The notes under the pieces were generated by a model, which saw only the letters and a program-made list of their open reading frames with translations, searched no databases and had not been told where the DNA came from. The translations under genes and the position numbers were made by a program. A stretch of DNA of 64,000 nucleotides from NCBI GenBank assembly GCA_963716725.1, contig CAVQUB010000006.1, forward strand, positions 183,027-247,026. Reading direction: 5' to 3'. Positions 20,312-29,124 of this stretch are shown here, in pieces. This DNA is from an uncultured delta proteobacterium. Its GTDB lineage: Bacteria > Myxococcota_A > Polyangia > Polyangiales > Polyangiaceae. Position 1 is the first letter of the stretch; every line of letters starts with the position of its first letter.

Positions 20312-22293
20312 CCGCGCTGACGGTCACCGAGGTCCGCAACGCGCTGCGGTGCCCGCGGGTCTTCGCCCTGGGGCGGCGCTTCTCGAAGCGGGTGGTCTTT
20401 CCGGTCGGCTCCTCCGCGCTCGGCTCGGCCTTCCACCGCATCGCCGATCGCTTCGCCACCAGCACGTCACACCTGCCGAAGCGCTTCGGAGCCCTGCTCA
20501 CCTCCGCGCCGGTGGATGAGATCAGCGACGCGCTCTGCGGGGTGTTGCTCCGTCATCTCGTCGACGAGCTCGACCGGACTCCCGCCTACGCGTCGATGCC
20601 CGCCGAGGTGGACGATCTCGCGGAGGCCCTTCGCTCGTACGCGGGCTACCTCGCGCAACGGATCGCGCGCCGGCCGGGCGACCTGGCCGAGGTGCTTCGG
20701 CGGTTCTTGCACGACGCGGAGGTCTCGGTGCGCTGCGAGCTGTCGACGTCGGCGGGGCCGGTGGAGCTCTCGGGTCGGATCGACGCGATCCATGCGCCCG
20801 ACGAGCACTCGTACGAGGTCGTGGAATACAAGCTCACCGACGAGTCGACGGAGGAGCTCGACCGGGCTCAGGTCGCGCTCTACCGGCACATGCTCCAGCA
20901 GGACAAAGCGGCAGTGCCGATCATCCTGCGCTTCGGACCGGGGCTCGTGACCACGCGACTCGAGCCCCAGGCGGCGGACGCCTGGGTCGAACGCGAGCTA
21001 CTGCCCCTGCTCGGAGCCATGGTGACCTGGGTGGCGAGCCCGGAGCGCGCGCCGGCGACGAAGCGCACCGACCTGTGTCCTGCCTGCCCGCTCCGCGCCG
21101 AGTGCGTCGCCCTCTATCGCGACGCCGTTCCACCTCGCGACGATCCGCCCGCGAACGCCTGTCGTCCCCGACCCAGCCCGCAAGGCGAGGTCGCGTTGCC
21201 GGATCGGGACCAGCGAGGCTCTCCACCCAGCAGGCGCCCGGCGGCAGATCCGTCAGCGCTCGCGGAGGCCACTCGCCTCGTCGATCTGGTCGTCCGCCTC
21301 TACGCTGATCAAGGTGTCGCGGCCGCCGTGCGCAAGACCCCGCGCGTGGGCTCGCGCCTCATCCGCATCGAGCTGACCGCTAGCCGCGGGAGCATCAGGG
21401 ATCTCGACCGTGGAAGCGCCGACGTGCTCCACCATCTGGAAGCCGATCACGCCGTCCGGGCGAGCTACGGTCCCGAAGGAGCGCGACGGGTGATCGACGC
21501 GCAGCGCTCGGCGCCGAGCACGGTGCGCCTGGCGCCGCTACTCGAGCGGTGCCGGGAGTGGCTGCGGGCTCGTCCGGGCCGCTTCATTTTGGGTGAAGAC
21601 GTCGATGGCGAGCCGCTGCGCGCCGATTTGGGCGAGCCCACCGCGTGTCACCTGCTGATCGGCGGCACGACGGGGAGCGGGAAGTCCGTCTTGCTCAAGT
21701 CGATAGCCGCTGGCCTCGCCGAATACCAACCCCCAGCGGCGATCCAACTCACCCTGATCGATCCGAAGCGCGTGACGTTCACCGGCGTCGAGGCCGCGCT
21801 CGGCGGCCACCTGGCCCGTCCCGTGTGCTTCGACGCGAACGAGACGGTCGCGATACTCCACGACCTCGTCACCGAGATGGAGGACCGTTACGAACGCTTC
21901 GCTGCGCTGCGCGTCGAGACCATCGATGACCACAATGCGGCATCCGCCCCGTGCGACGTCCTTCCCCGACACGTGCTGATCATCGACGAGTTCCAGGATC
22001 TGCTCGCTACCAAGGAGACCAAGGAGGACTTCCTGGGCTCCGTGCAGCGTCTCGGCGCGAAGGCGCGCGCGGCCGGCATCCACCTAGTACTCGCGACCCA
22101 GCACCCCGATCGAAAGACCGTGCCCGCCGCCATCAAGGTCAACCTGACAGGCAAGGTCGCGCTCAAGGTGCACCAGGCCACGGATTCGCTCGTGGTGTTG
22201 GGCGCGCGCGGGGCAGAGACGCTGCTGGGCAACGGCGATCTGCTCGCGGATCTGGGCCGAGGGATCGTGCGTGCGCAGGGCCCACTGCCCTGA
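20308..22293 (+). CDS. PD-(D/E)XK (Cas4/AddB-like, Fe-S) nuclease fused to an FtsK/SpoIIIE ATPase
   Basis: LRCPR...GSAFH...GRIDAI...VVEYK...QVALY...CPACPLRAEC; HLLIGGTTGSGKS, LIDPK, IIDEFQDL, ARAAGIHLVLATQHP, AETLLGNGDLL. Confidence 0.9.
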   Translation: MTALTVTEVRNALRCPRVFALGRRFSKRVVFPVGSSALGSAFHRIADRFATSTSHLPKRFGALLTSAPVDEISDALCGVLLRHLVDELDRTPAYASMPAEVDDLAEALRSYAGYLAQRIARRPGDLAEVLRRFLHDAEVSVRCELSTSAGPVELSGRIDAIHAPDEHSYEVVEYKLTDESTEELDRAQVALYRHMLQQDKAAVPIILRFGPGLVTTRLEPQAADAWVERELLPLLGAMVTWVASPERAPATKRTDLCPACPLRAECVALYRDAVPPRDDPPANACRPRPSPQGEVALPDRDQRGSPPSRRPAADPSALAEATRLVDLVVRLYADQGVAAAVRKTPRVGSRLIRIELTASRGSIRDLDRGSADVLHHLEADHAVRASYGPEGARRVIDAQRSAPSTVRLAPLLERCREWLRARPGRFILGEDVDGEPLRADLGEPTACHLLIGGTTGSGKSVLLKSIAAGLAEYQPPAAIQLTLIDPKRVTFTGVEAALGGHLARPVCFDANETVAILHDLVTEMEDRYERFAALRVETIDDHNAASAPCDVLPRHVLIIDEFQDLLATKETKEDFLGSVQRLGAKARAAGIHLVLATQHPDRKTVPAAIKVNLTGKVALKVHQATDSLVVLGARGAETLLGNGDLLADLGRGIVRAQGPLP

Positions 22294-22364
22294 GCAAGTC
22301 GCGCGGGGCTCGGAGGCGGCGTGCGTCGGGCACCGGACGCGGCGTGCTATCTTCTCCCGGAGCC

Positions 22365-22943
22365 ATGGTCCTCGGCGCGCCCCACCACCGGCACACGTTT
22401 CGCGACTACCTCCATGTCGAGGAGATGAGTGCGGTCAAGCACGAGTATTTGGCGGGAGAGATCTTCGCCATGGCCGGGGGCACACCGGAGCATGCCGCTC
22501 TCAGCGCCGCGTTCCTGACGCTCCTCGGTCCGCAACTGCTCGGCAGCAAGTGCCGTTCCTACTCGGCCGACCTTCGCCTCCGCGTTCCCGCCACCGGGCT
22601 CGCGACCTACCCCGATGCCGCCATCGTCTGCGGCGATCTCGAGCTCGATCCCGAATCTTCAACCCACGTCACCAACCCCAAGGTTGTCGTCGAAGTGCTC
22701 AGCCCGAGCACGGAGGAGTACGACCGCGGCGAGAAGCGTGAGCACTACCAGCGCCTCGCTTCGCTCGCACAGTACGTGCTGGTCGCACAAACGCGGGTGA
22801 GAGTCGAGGTTTTCTCCCTCGCCGACGACGGATCATGGACGCATACCGTCCATTTTGCGGGGGAGCTCGTGGAGCTTCGGTCAGTGGGGTGTCGCTTCGC
22901 TGTCGACGATCTCTACGCCGCTGCCGGTGTGCGCCTCGACTGA
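22365..22943 (+). CDS. Uma2-family endonuclease
   Basis: KHEYLAGEIFAMAGG, YPDAAIVC, VVEVLSPSTEEYDRGEK. Confidence 0.92.
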   Translation: MVLGAPHHRHTFRDYLHVEEMSAVKHEYLAGEIFAMAGGTPEHAALSAAFLTLLGPQLLGSKCRSYSADLRLRVPATGLATYPDAAIVCGDLELDPESSTHVTNPKVVVEVLSPSTEEYDRGEKREHYQRLASLAQYVLVAQTRVRVEVFSLADDGSWTHTVHFAGELVELRSVGCRFAVDDLYAAAGVRLD

Positions 22944-23013
22944 ACTCCGGTCACGTGACGGGCTACGACCACTTTCGTCGCATCGCGCGGCTACGCTCGG
23001 CCTCGAGTCCCCC

Positions 23014-23331
23014 GTGCCCGACGCTTTCCTCCGACTGCTGCTGCTGCTCAGCGAAATACCGGTGGCACCCCAGCGCATCGATACCTGCACGCTCGCGCAG
23101 CGACTCGAAGCCCAGGGGGTCCGCGTGACGCGCCGCACCCTACAGCGCGATCTGGAGCGACTCTCGCGCCAGCTCCCGTTGACCCGCCACGACGACGCCA
23201 AGCCCTACGCTTGGGCCTGGCTCGAGTCCGACCTGCGGCCGGGCCGCGGCAAGCAGACGGAGACCCTGCGGGAGGTGGCGGCCCGCGCGGCCTCACACAT
23301 CAGGCGGTCGAGCGGCTGTTCGCCCGACTGA
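23014..23331 (+). CDS. Stand-alone HTH protein paralogous to the N-terminus of the adjacent WYL protein
   Basis: LEAQGVRVTRRTLQRDLERLS...KPYAWAW versus LEEEGITVTARSVQRDLERLS...KPYQWSW. Confidence 0.7.
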   Translation: MPDAFLRLLLLLSEIPVAPQRIDTCTLAQRLEAQGVRVTRRTLQRDLERLSRQLPLTRHDDAKPYAWAWLESDLRPGRGKQTETLREVAARAASHIRRSSGCSPD

Positions 23332-23377
23332 TGCCCGTCCTGTCCCAACCACGCGGACATCGCCTAAGGTCGGTGGC

Positions 23378-24436
23378 GTGCCTCGTTCCGGATCCGACGT
23401 CGAGACGCTCCACCGCCTCTGGTCGTTGCTCCGCCACGTGCCGCGGTCACCGCGGCGGGCCGACACGGTGACGCTGCAGCGCCGGCTCGAAGAAGAAGGC
23501 ATCACCGTCACGGCGCGCAGTGTGCAGCGCGATCTCGAGCGGCTCTCGGCGCGATTCATCACCCTGCAGTGCGATCGACGGTCGAAGCCCTACCAGTGGT
23601 CGTGGGACGGCGACGCGCCGCTGGTCGAGATCCCCGGCATGGGCGTGCCGGCGGCGGTGACCTTCGAGCTGGTGCGCGCCCACCTGCACGACGCCCTGCC
23701 CCGATCGACGCTGGCGAGCCTGGAGCCGCACTTCGCCCGTGCGCGAGAGGTGCTCGCTCGGCACACGAGCACGCCCCTTGCGCGTTGGCTCGCGAAGGTG
23801 CGAGTCGTCCCCCGCGGCTACCCGCTCGCCCCGCCCAACGTGCCGCCTCACGTGCTCGACGTGGTCTACGGCGCGTTGCTCGAAGAGCGCCGCTTCCGAG
23901 CCTTGTACAAGAAACACGGGGCGAAGGAGGAAAAGGAGTACGTCGTCAGCCCGCTGGGCCTGGCCGCCCGCAACGGCATCCTGAGCCTGGTGTGCACGTT
24001 CTGGGACTACGACAACGTGAACCACATGCTGCTCCATCGCATGCAGCGGGCCGAGCTCCTCGACGAGCCGCTGCACCGACCCCGCGGCTTCGATCTCGAC
24101 GCGCACCTCGCGAAAGGCGGCGTCGGCTTCGCGCGCGGCGAGCCCATCCGCCTGCGCGCTCGCGCCCACTACGACGTCGCCGTCGTGCTGCGCGAGACGC
24201 CCATGGGCAAGGACCAATCCCTGTCGCCCGACGACGAGCAGCACGAGCTGCTCGAAGTGACGGTGCCCGACACCATGGAACTTCGCGGCTGGCTGCTCAG
24301 CTACGGCCCGATGATCGAGGTCCTCGAGCCTGCCGCGCTGCGCGAGGACTTGGTCCGGACCATCACGATGACGGCAGAGACCTATGCCAATCCCAGGGCC
24401 AAGCCGGCACGGACCGCCCGCAAGCCGCGCCCCTAG
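23378..24436 (+). CDS. wHTH-WYL-WCX transcriptional regulator
   Basis: N-terminal HTH, VSPLGL...SLVC...LLHRM, LRETPMGKDQ, ELRGWLLSYGPMIEVLEPAALR. Confidence 0.92.
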   Translation: MPRSGSDVETLHRLWSLLRHVPRSPRRADTVTLQRRLEEEGITVTARSVQRDLERLSARFITLQCDRRSKPYQWSWDGDAPLVEIPGMGVPAAVTFELVRAHLHDALPRSTLASLEPHFARAREVLARHTSTPLARWLAKVRVVPRGYPLAPPNVPPHVLDVVYGALLEERRFRALYKKHGAKEEKEYVVSPLGLAARNGILSLVCTFWDYDNVNHMLLHRMQRAELLDEPLHRPRGFDLDAHLAKGGVGFARGEPIRLRARAHYDVAVVLRETPMGKDQSLSPDDEQHELLEVTVPDTMELRGWLLSYGPMIEVLEPAALREDLVRTITMTAETYANPRAKPARTARKPRP

Positions 24437-24484
24437 CCGGAAGCCGTTTGTCCCCGGGATTTCGCGCAATTGTCACCGCGCTGC

Positions 24485-24513
24485 TTGACATAGTGCTCGC
24501 CATTGTCCATGTT
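24485..24513 (+). promoter_or_regulatory. Sigma70 promoter of tRNA-Pro copy 2
   Basis: TTGACA-N17-CATGTT. Confidence 0.6.
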
Positions 24514-24544
24514 CGCGCGCCCTTCCGGTTCTGGCCGGAGGTTT

Positions 24545-24618
24545 CGGGGCGTAGCGCAGTTTGGTAGCGCGCACGGTTCGGGTCCGTGAGGTCGGCAGTT
24601 CGAATCTGCCCGCCCCGA
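24545..24618 (+). tRNA. tRNA-Pro(CGG), copy 2
   Basis: Identical to 15697-15770. Confidence 0.95.
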
Positions 24619-24840
24619 CAAAACCCCGAGTTGAGCGTCGCGGGACACGGCAGCGAGTTCCGACGACGGTTAGCTCGTTACCACTCTGTTGCCAGTTGCT
24701 GCGCCGAGCCTGCCGACGGCGTCGTGCCACAATATTGCCACCCACGCCGCCTCGGAACTCGGGAGCTGTTTCCCGCGGTTCCGGCCCCCCCGCCCGGGCC
24801 CGCTCATGCTACGCTTCCCGATCGGCCTCCGGAGCCCCAC

Positions 24841-25323
24841 ATGCAGAACTACTACGTCGTCCTCGGCGTGCCTCGCGACGCCTCCAAGCGCGAGCTCGCA
24901 CGCGCCTACCGCCGTCGCGCCGTCGTCCACCACCGGACGAAGGTGATCCAACTCGAAGATCACCTGAACTACATGGCCGAGGCCTACGCCACGCTCGCCG
25001 ATCCCGAGAGGCGCGCCGCCTACGACGCCGAGCGCTGGGGCTACCCGGCCGAGCTCCAGGACCGCGACGCGCGCGACCGGCGTGAGGGGCGAGTGCGCGT
25101 GCAGATCGCGCGGGAAATGGCCGTCGTCTCCTCGCGCACCAGCGCGCTCGCCCTGGCCGCAAACGCCGAGCGTGTGCAGGCCCTCGCCACCGAGCACGAC
25201 CTGCGCGAGGCCCGAGACCGACGCGCGCGACGACGCCGCGATCTGGCGGGTCGCGCCCCGGGTGTCCTCATTCTCCTGGGCCTGGCGCTGGCGGCCTGGC
25301 TGGCCCTCTCGCGCTTGCTGTAG
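24841..25323 (+). CDS. J-domain (DnaJ-like) protein with C-terminal TM helix; lacks HPD
   Basis: NYYVVLGVPRDAS...AYRR...EAYATLADPERRAAYD. Confidence 0.8.
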   Translation: MQNYYVVLGVPRDASKRELARAYRRRAVVHHRTKVIQLEDHLNYMAEAYATLADPERRAAYDAERWGYPAELQDRDARDRREGRVRVQIAREMAVVSSRTSALALAANAERVQALATEHDLREARDRRARRRRDLAGRAPGVLILLGLALAAWLALSRLL

Positions 25324-25407
25324 CCAGAGCCGAGCCACCGCCCTCGATCCCACTTCGCGGGTCGGGGCCGAGTCGGGGCCTCGGTCACACTGCCCGCGTC
25401 CGATCCG

Positions 25408-26268
25408 ATGCCCGACGTGCGCCGGATCTTCGCCCTCCTGTTCGTGCTCGCCCTCGCCCTGACCTGCAAGCCGGCGCGGGCCGCCGAGGAGACACCGGAC
25501 TGGGACCGCGCCCGGGTGGCGGCCGACCTCCGGGCGGGCAAGCCCCTGGTCGTGCACGTGACGGTGGCGCTCTGCTCGAACCGCCAAATCGACTGCGGCA
25601 GCGGCATCGCCGGTCGCGCCGGGAACCTGAGCCACAACGTATACTGGGGCGCGATCTTCGGGGCACGACGCTTTCTCGAGATGAAGTCCAGCGGCTGGGA
25701 GCGCGTGAGTCTGGGTAAGATCGATGACACCGTGCTCGAGCGCGCCGTGTACCGGCGGCGAGTGCCTGCCAAGCGCTGGGACATCGATCGGAAGGACCCC
25801 ATCGAGCAGCTGGTAGTGCTCGATGCCGTGCACGGCGATCGCATCGACCAGGCCGTCACCGGCTTCTGGAAAGGCGCGACCGGCGGCGAGAAGCTGACGA
25901 TCCGAGATGGTGAACGCCAGCGCGACGTGCGCGTGCACGTCGCGGGATACGTCGGGCACAACCGGCTGATGGACGGCGTCGATCTGCCCGAGCAAGGCGC
26001 GTCCAGCGGCGACGCCGCCATCCCCTCCTTCGTACTCGCGTGTTACTCGGAGCAGTACTTCGGCAAGAAGCTGCGCCGCGCGGGCTCACGACCCTTGGTC
26101 ATGACCAAGCAGCTGATGGCGCCCGAGGGCTACTTGCTGCACGCCGTGCTCACTGGCATCGGGGACGGCAAGAGTTCGAAGCAGATCCGACTCGGCGCCG
26201 TGCAGTCCTACGCAAAGTGGCAGAAGCTGTCCCACGGCACTGCTTCGTGGATCTTTGCCGGCAAGTGA
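25408..26268 (+). CDS. Hypothetical secreted protein
   Basis: Signal peptide; NVYWGA, YVGHNRLMD and LACYS segments. Confidence 0.7.
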   Translation: MPDVRRIFALLFVLALALTCKPARAAEETPDWDRARVAADLRAGKPLVVHVTVALCSNRQIDCGSGIAGRAGNLSHNVYWGAIFGARRFLEMKSSGWERVSLGKIDDTVLERAVYRRRVPAKRWDIDRKDPIEQLVVLDAVHGDRIDQAVTGFWKGATGGEKLTIRDGERQRDVRVHVAGYVGHNRLMDGVDLPEQGASSGDAAIPSFVLACYSEQYFGKKLRRAGSRPLVMTKQLMAPEGYLLHAVLTGIGDGKSSKQIRLGAVQSYAKWQKLSHGTASWIFAGK

Positions 26269-26301
26269 GCCCGCGCCCCCTCACGCTTCGAGCGCTGGCC
26301 C

Positions 26302-26829
26302 CTACCCGGCTGCGATCTCGGCGCGCAGGCGCTCGGCCAGCCGCTCGAGTTCGGCGTCGTCGCAGGGCAGCTCGACGTAGTCGAGGGGATCCGGCAGCGC
26401 GAGGGCGATGGCCGACAGGCAGGTATCCCGGATGCACGCGACGACGTGCGGCGAGTCAGCGCGATCGATGAGGCCCCGCAAGAGCGGCCAGTGCCCCCGC
26501 TCGGCCGCTTCGAGCTTTCCGACACCGCCGATGACGACCACGTCGGCCGGCTGATCCGACAGCGCTCGCGCGAGTTCGAAGCCCGCCTGCTCGAATTTGT
26601 AGCCGCAGAGATCGGGGTCCTGAGAGATCCGAGCGAGCACCCCGACGCGCTCGGGATCGGTCACGCTCGCGATGTCCCAACCGAGAGTCTCGCCCGCGTC
26701 GTCCGAGACGTCGTTCTGAACGAAGCCCGCCACCCTGAGCCCGCGCGCCTCGAGCAAGGCCGCCAGCTTGCGCGCTGCGCGGCCCTTTTCGGTTCCCGCC
26801 CCGCCCACGATGGCAGACCACTGAGTCAT
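26302..26829 (-). CDS. DUF2478-like small NTPase-fold protein
   Basis: ARGLRVAGFVQ, ADVVVIGGVGKLEAAERG. Confidence 0.65.
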   Translation of the reverse strand: MTQWSAIVGGAGTEKGRAARKLAALLEARGLRVAGFVQNDVSDDAGETLGWDIASVTDPERVGVLARISQDPDLCGYKFEQAGFELARALSDQPADVVVIGGVGKLEAAERGHWPLLRGLIDRADSPHVVACIRDTCLSAIALALPDPLDYVELPCDDAELERLAERLRAEIAAG

Positions 26830-27899
26830 CTCTGGTTTCGCACTTTCCGCGCGCGGATCACGGCGCTGGCATTGACGCCGATGAATAGCACGATTGTCGC
26901 GGCGTTGCCGATGCCGCCCATGGTCCGCAACGGCGCGATGCCCCCGAAGTCACCGGCCCAGCGCAGGGCGAGCGAGAGCTGAAGCAGCGCGAGGTGCAGG
27001 TAGAAGATCGGGCTGTAGGCCAGCGACGTGCCGAGCACCGCGGGGAAAATCACCGGGGCGTGGGCGAAGACCATCGAGAAGACGAAGCCGAGCATCAACG
27101 CATGCACGAAGGCGTCGTAGCGAGCTCCCGCCGGATCACCCTGGGCCAGGAGCATGGCGAGCGCGCCCGCCGCGAGCCAGAAGTAGCCCGCGATCAGGGC
27201 CACCGCCATGAAGCGAGTGAGCCCGCGCTTCTTCACCGTGTAGCGCGCCACGTCGAACACCGCGAGCCACGCCGACATCGCCAGGAGTCCCGCGGCCAAC
27301 ACGCGCCGCGAGTCGTCGAGCCCAGCGCTGAGCAGCGCGGCGCCCCCGATCACCGCCGTCACCACGGCGACGAACCCGCGCCCCGCATTCGGGCCGGGCA
27401 CCATCACGCGACCGAGTTCGCGACGTTCGGCGAAGATCGTCAGCGTCAGAAACGCGATCAGCCAGGGCAAAACCTTCTGACTGGGTGCGCCCAGCGCCCA
27501 GCTCAGGTTCGCGACTGTCCACGCGACGCCGGCAGCAACCAGCGTCACCGTGAAGTCGGCGACGTGGCGCCGCGCTAGGGAGAGATTGACTGCCGAGAAG
27601 CACAGCGCGCTCGCGGTGGCCGTCCAGGCCGCGACGCCGCCCTGCCCCGCGAGGGCGATGACCCCGCCAGCGCCGGCGAAGAGCGGCGCGGCGTAAGACC
27701 ATTTTGCTCCGTGCGCGACAGCGCGCTCGAGCCCTATCAGCGTCCCGAAGAAGCCCGACACCATCAACACGCCATGCAGAGGCGCGGCAGCTGCCGCGGG
27801 CTCCGCAATGACCACGCCCATCCGTGCGAGACCGGCGGCGATCCCCGACAGCAGGCTAATCGCTGCAAGGAACAAGAAGGGCAGCCGAGCGAACTTCAT
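26826..27899 (-). CDS. Polytopic membrane protein, NnrS-like
   Basis: HGVLMVSGFFGTLIGLERAVA, YDAFVHALMLGFVFSMVFAHAP. Confidence 0.7.
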   Translation of the reverse strand: MKFARLPFLFLAAISLLSGIAAGLARMGVVIAEPAAAAAPLHGVLMVSGFFGTLIGLERAVAHGAKWSYAAPLFAGAGGVIALAGQGGVAAWTATASALCFSAVNLSLARRHVADFTVTLVAAGVAWTVANLSWALGAPSQKVLPWLIAFLTLTIFAERRELGRVMVPGPNAGRGFVAVVTAVIGGAALLSAGLDDSRRVLAAGLLAMSAWLAVFDVARYTVKKRGLTRFMAVALIAGYFWLAAGALAMLLAQGDPAGARYDAFVHALMLGFVFSMVFAHAPVIFPAVLGTSLAYSPIFYLHLALLQLSLALRWAGDFGGIAPLRTMGGIGNAATIVLFIGVNASAVIRARKVRNQR

Positions 27900-28213
27900 C
27901 GACCAGCGCCGAAGGCACCCGCGACATGCTCCGCCATCAAGCCCGGGTGCCAGGGCGGTTCCCAAACCAGCTCGATCTCGACCTCAGCGAGTTCCGGAAC
28001 CTGTACTTCGATGGCGGAGCGAGCCTGGTCCATGATGAAAGGCCCGAGCGGACACGCGGGGCTCGTCATCGTCATCTGGATCGAGGCGCGCGCGGCCTCG
28101 ACGTCCACCGAATAGACCAAGCCAAGGTCGACGATGCTGATTCCGAGCTCCGGATCGTCCACGCCACGAAGCGCTCCCCAGATCCGCTCGGTGATTCCCG
28201 GCGCGACTGACAT
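27896..28213 (-). CDS. Metal-sulfur cluster assembly factor (DUF59/SufT-like)
   Basis: VDDPELGISIVDLGLVY, MTMTSPACPL, VWEPPW. Confidence 0.92.
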   Translation of the reverse strand: MSVAPGITERIWGALRGVDDPELGISIVDLGLVYSVDVEAARASIQMTMTSPACPLGPFIMDQARSAIEVQVPELAEVEIELVWEPPWHPGLMAEHVAGAFGAGR

Positions 28214-28329
28214 GGGCGAATCCTGCGAAACGAGCGGGCGAAAGGGAAGCCCCGGCCAGGACGATTTATCCGAAGGGGCGCATTAGGGCGGGTGCGTCCG
28301 CCCATTCGAGCGGGTAGACTCCACAGGTC

Positions 28330-29124
28330 ATGGGCGTCCGAGAGTTCATCGAGCGAGCGCAGGCCTTGTCCGGCGCCGATCCGCAGCTCTTGGATCGCAT
28401 GTCCGCCGCGGCGAGCACGCGCAACCTGACGCGTGGGGAGATGCTCTGGCGCGCTGGGGATCAGGCCAAGTCCCTCAGCGTGATCAAGACCGGCCTGGTC
28501 AAGGTGGTGCGACCTGCCGCCCGCGGGCGCGCGTCGATCTGCGGCATCTTCGGCCCGCCGGACACGGTGGGGGATCTGGCCGTGCTGCGCGGCATCGCCT
28601 ACCCCGCGGACGCCATCGTCGCGACTGATTCCGCCACCGTCATTTGCATCCCGGGGATCCTGTTGACGGATCCCAGCACGCAGTCGACGCCCCTGGCCAT
28701 GAGCATGGCTTGCGCGATGCACACCAAGCTCGCCGCGTTGCACGACAAGGTCGAAGTGTTGTCCGCGGGCTCGGTCGAGGCGCGGCTCGCCACCCTGCTG
28801 ATCAAGCTCTACGACCGCTTCGGCGACGACTTCGACGACGGGTCGCATAGCATCCCCGTGGCGCTCTCGCGTCGCGAGCTGGCCGAGCTGGTCGCCACCT
28901 CCTTCGAGACCGCCATAAGGGTGATGACTCGCTGGGAGCGCGAGGGCGTACTCGTCACCACGGCCCACGGCTTCACGGTCAACCGACTCGAGACCTTGAG
29001 GGCGGCCGCGGGTGGTGACGGGGCCGACGCGTTGATCTCCGCTCACCCGTTGACGACGGCGAGGGGGAGCCGACCCATCCGAGCCTCGCGCTCGAGCCGG
29101 TCGCGCTCGAACTGCTGCTCGTAG
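28330..29124 (+). CDS. Crp/Fnr-family transcriptional regulator
   Basis: cNMP-like beta-barrel, SVEARLATLL, HTH LSRRELAELVATSFETAIR. Confidence 0.9.
   Translation: MGVREFIERAQALSGADPQLLDRMSAAASTRNLTRGEMLWRAGDQAKSLSVIKTGLVKVVRPAARGRASICGIFGPPDTVGDLAVLRGIAYPADAIVATDSATVICIPGILLTDPSTQSTPLAMSMACAMHTKLAALHDKVEVLSAGSVEARLATLLIKLYDRFGDDFDDGSHSIPVALSRRELAELVATSFETAIRVMTRWEREGVLVTTAHGFTVNRLETLRAAAGGDGADALISAHPLTTARGSRPIRASRSSRSRSNCCS

Larger units (their letters stand above)
15696..24625. mobile_element. Putative genomic island flanked by 82-bp direct repeats (whole tRNA-Pro); no integrase seen
   Basis: 15696-15777 is identical to 24544-24625; cargo includes nuclease, ATPase and WYL genes. Confidence 0.65.

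Noticed and set aside
20308..22293. Housekeeping cell-division FtsK or CRISPR Cas4
   Set aside because: No TM or gamma domains, fused to a nuclease, and no CRISPR context
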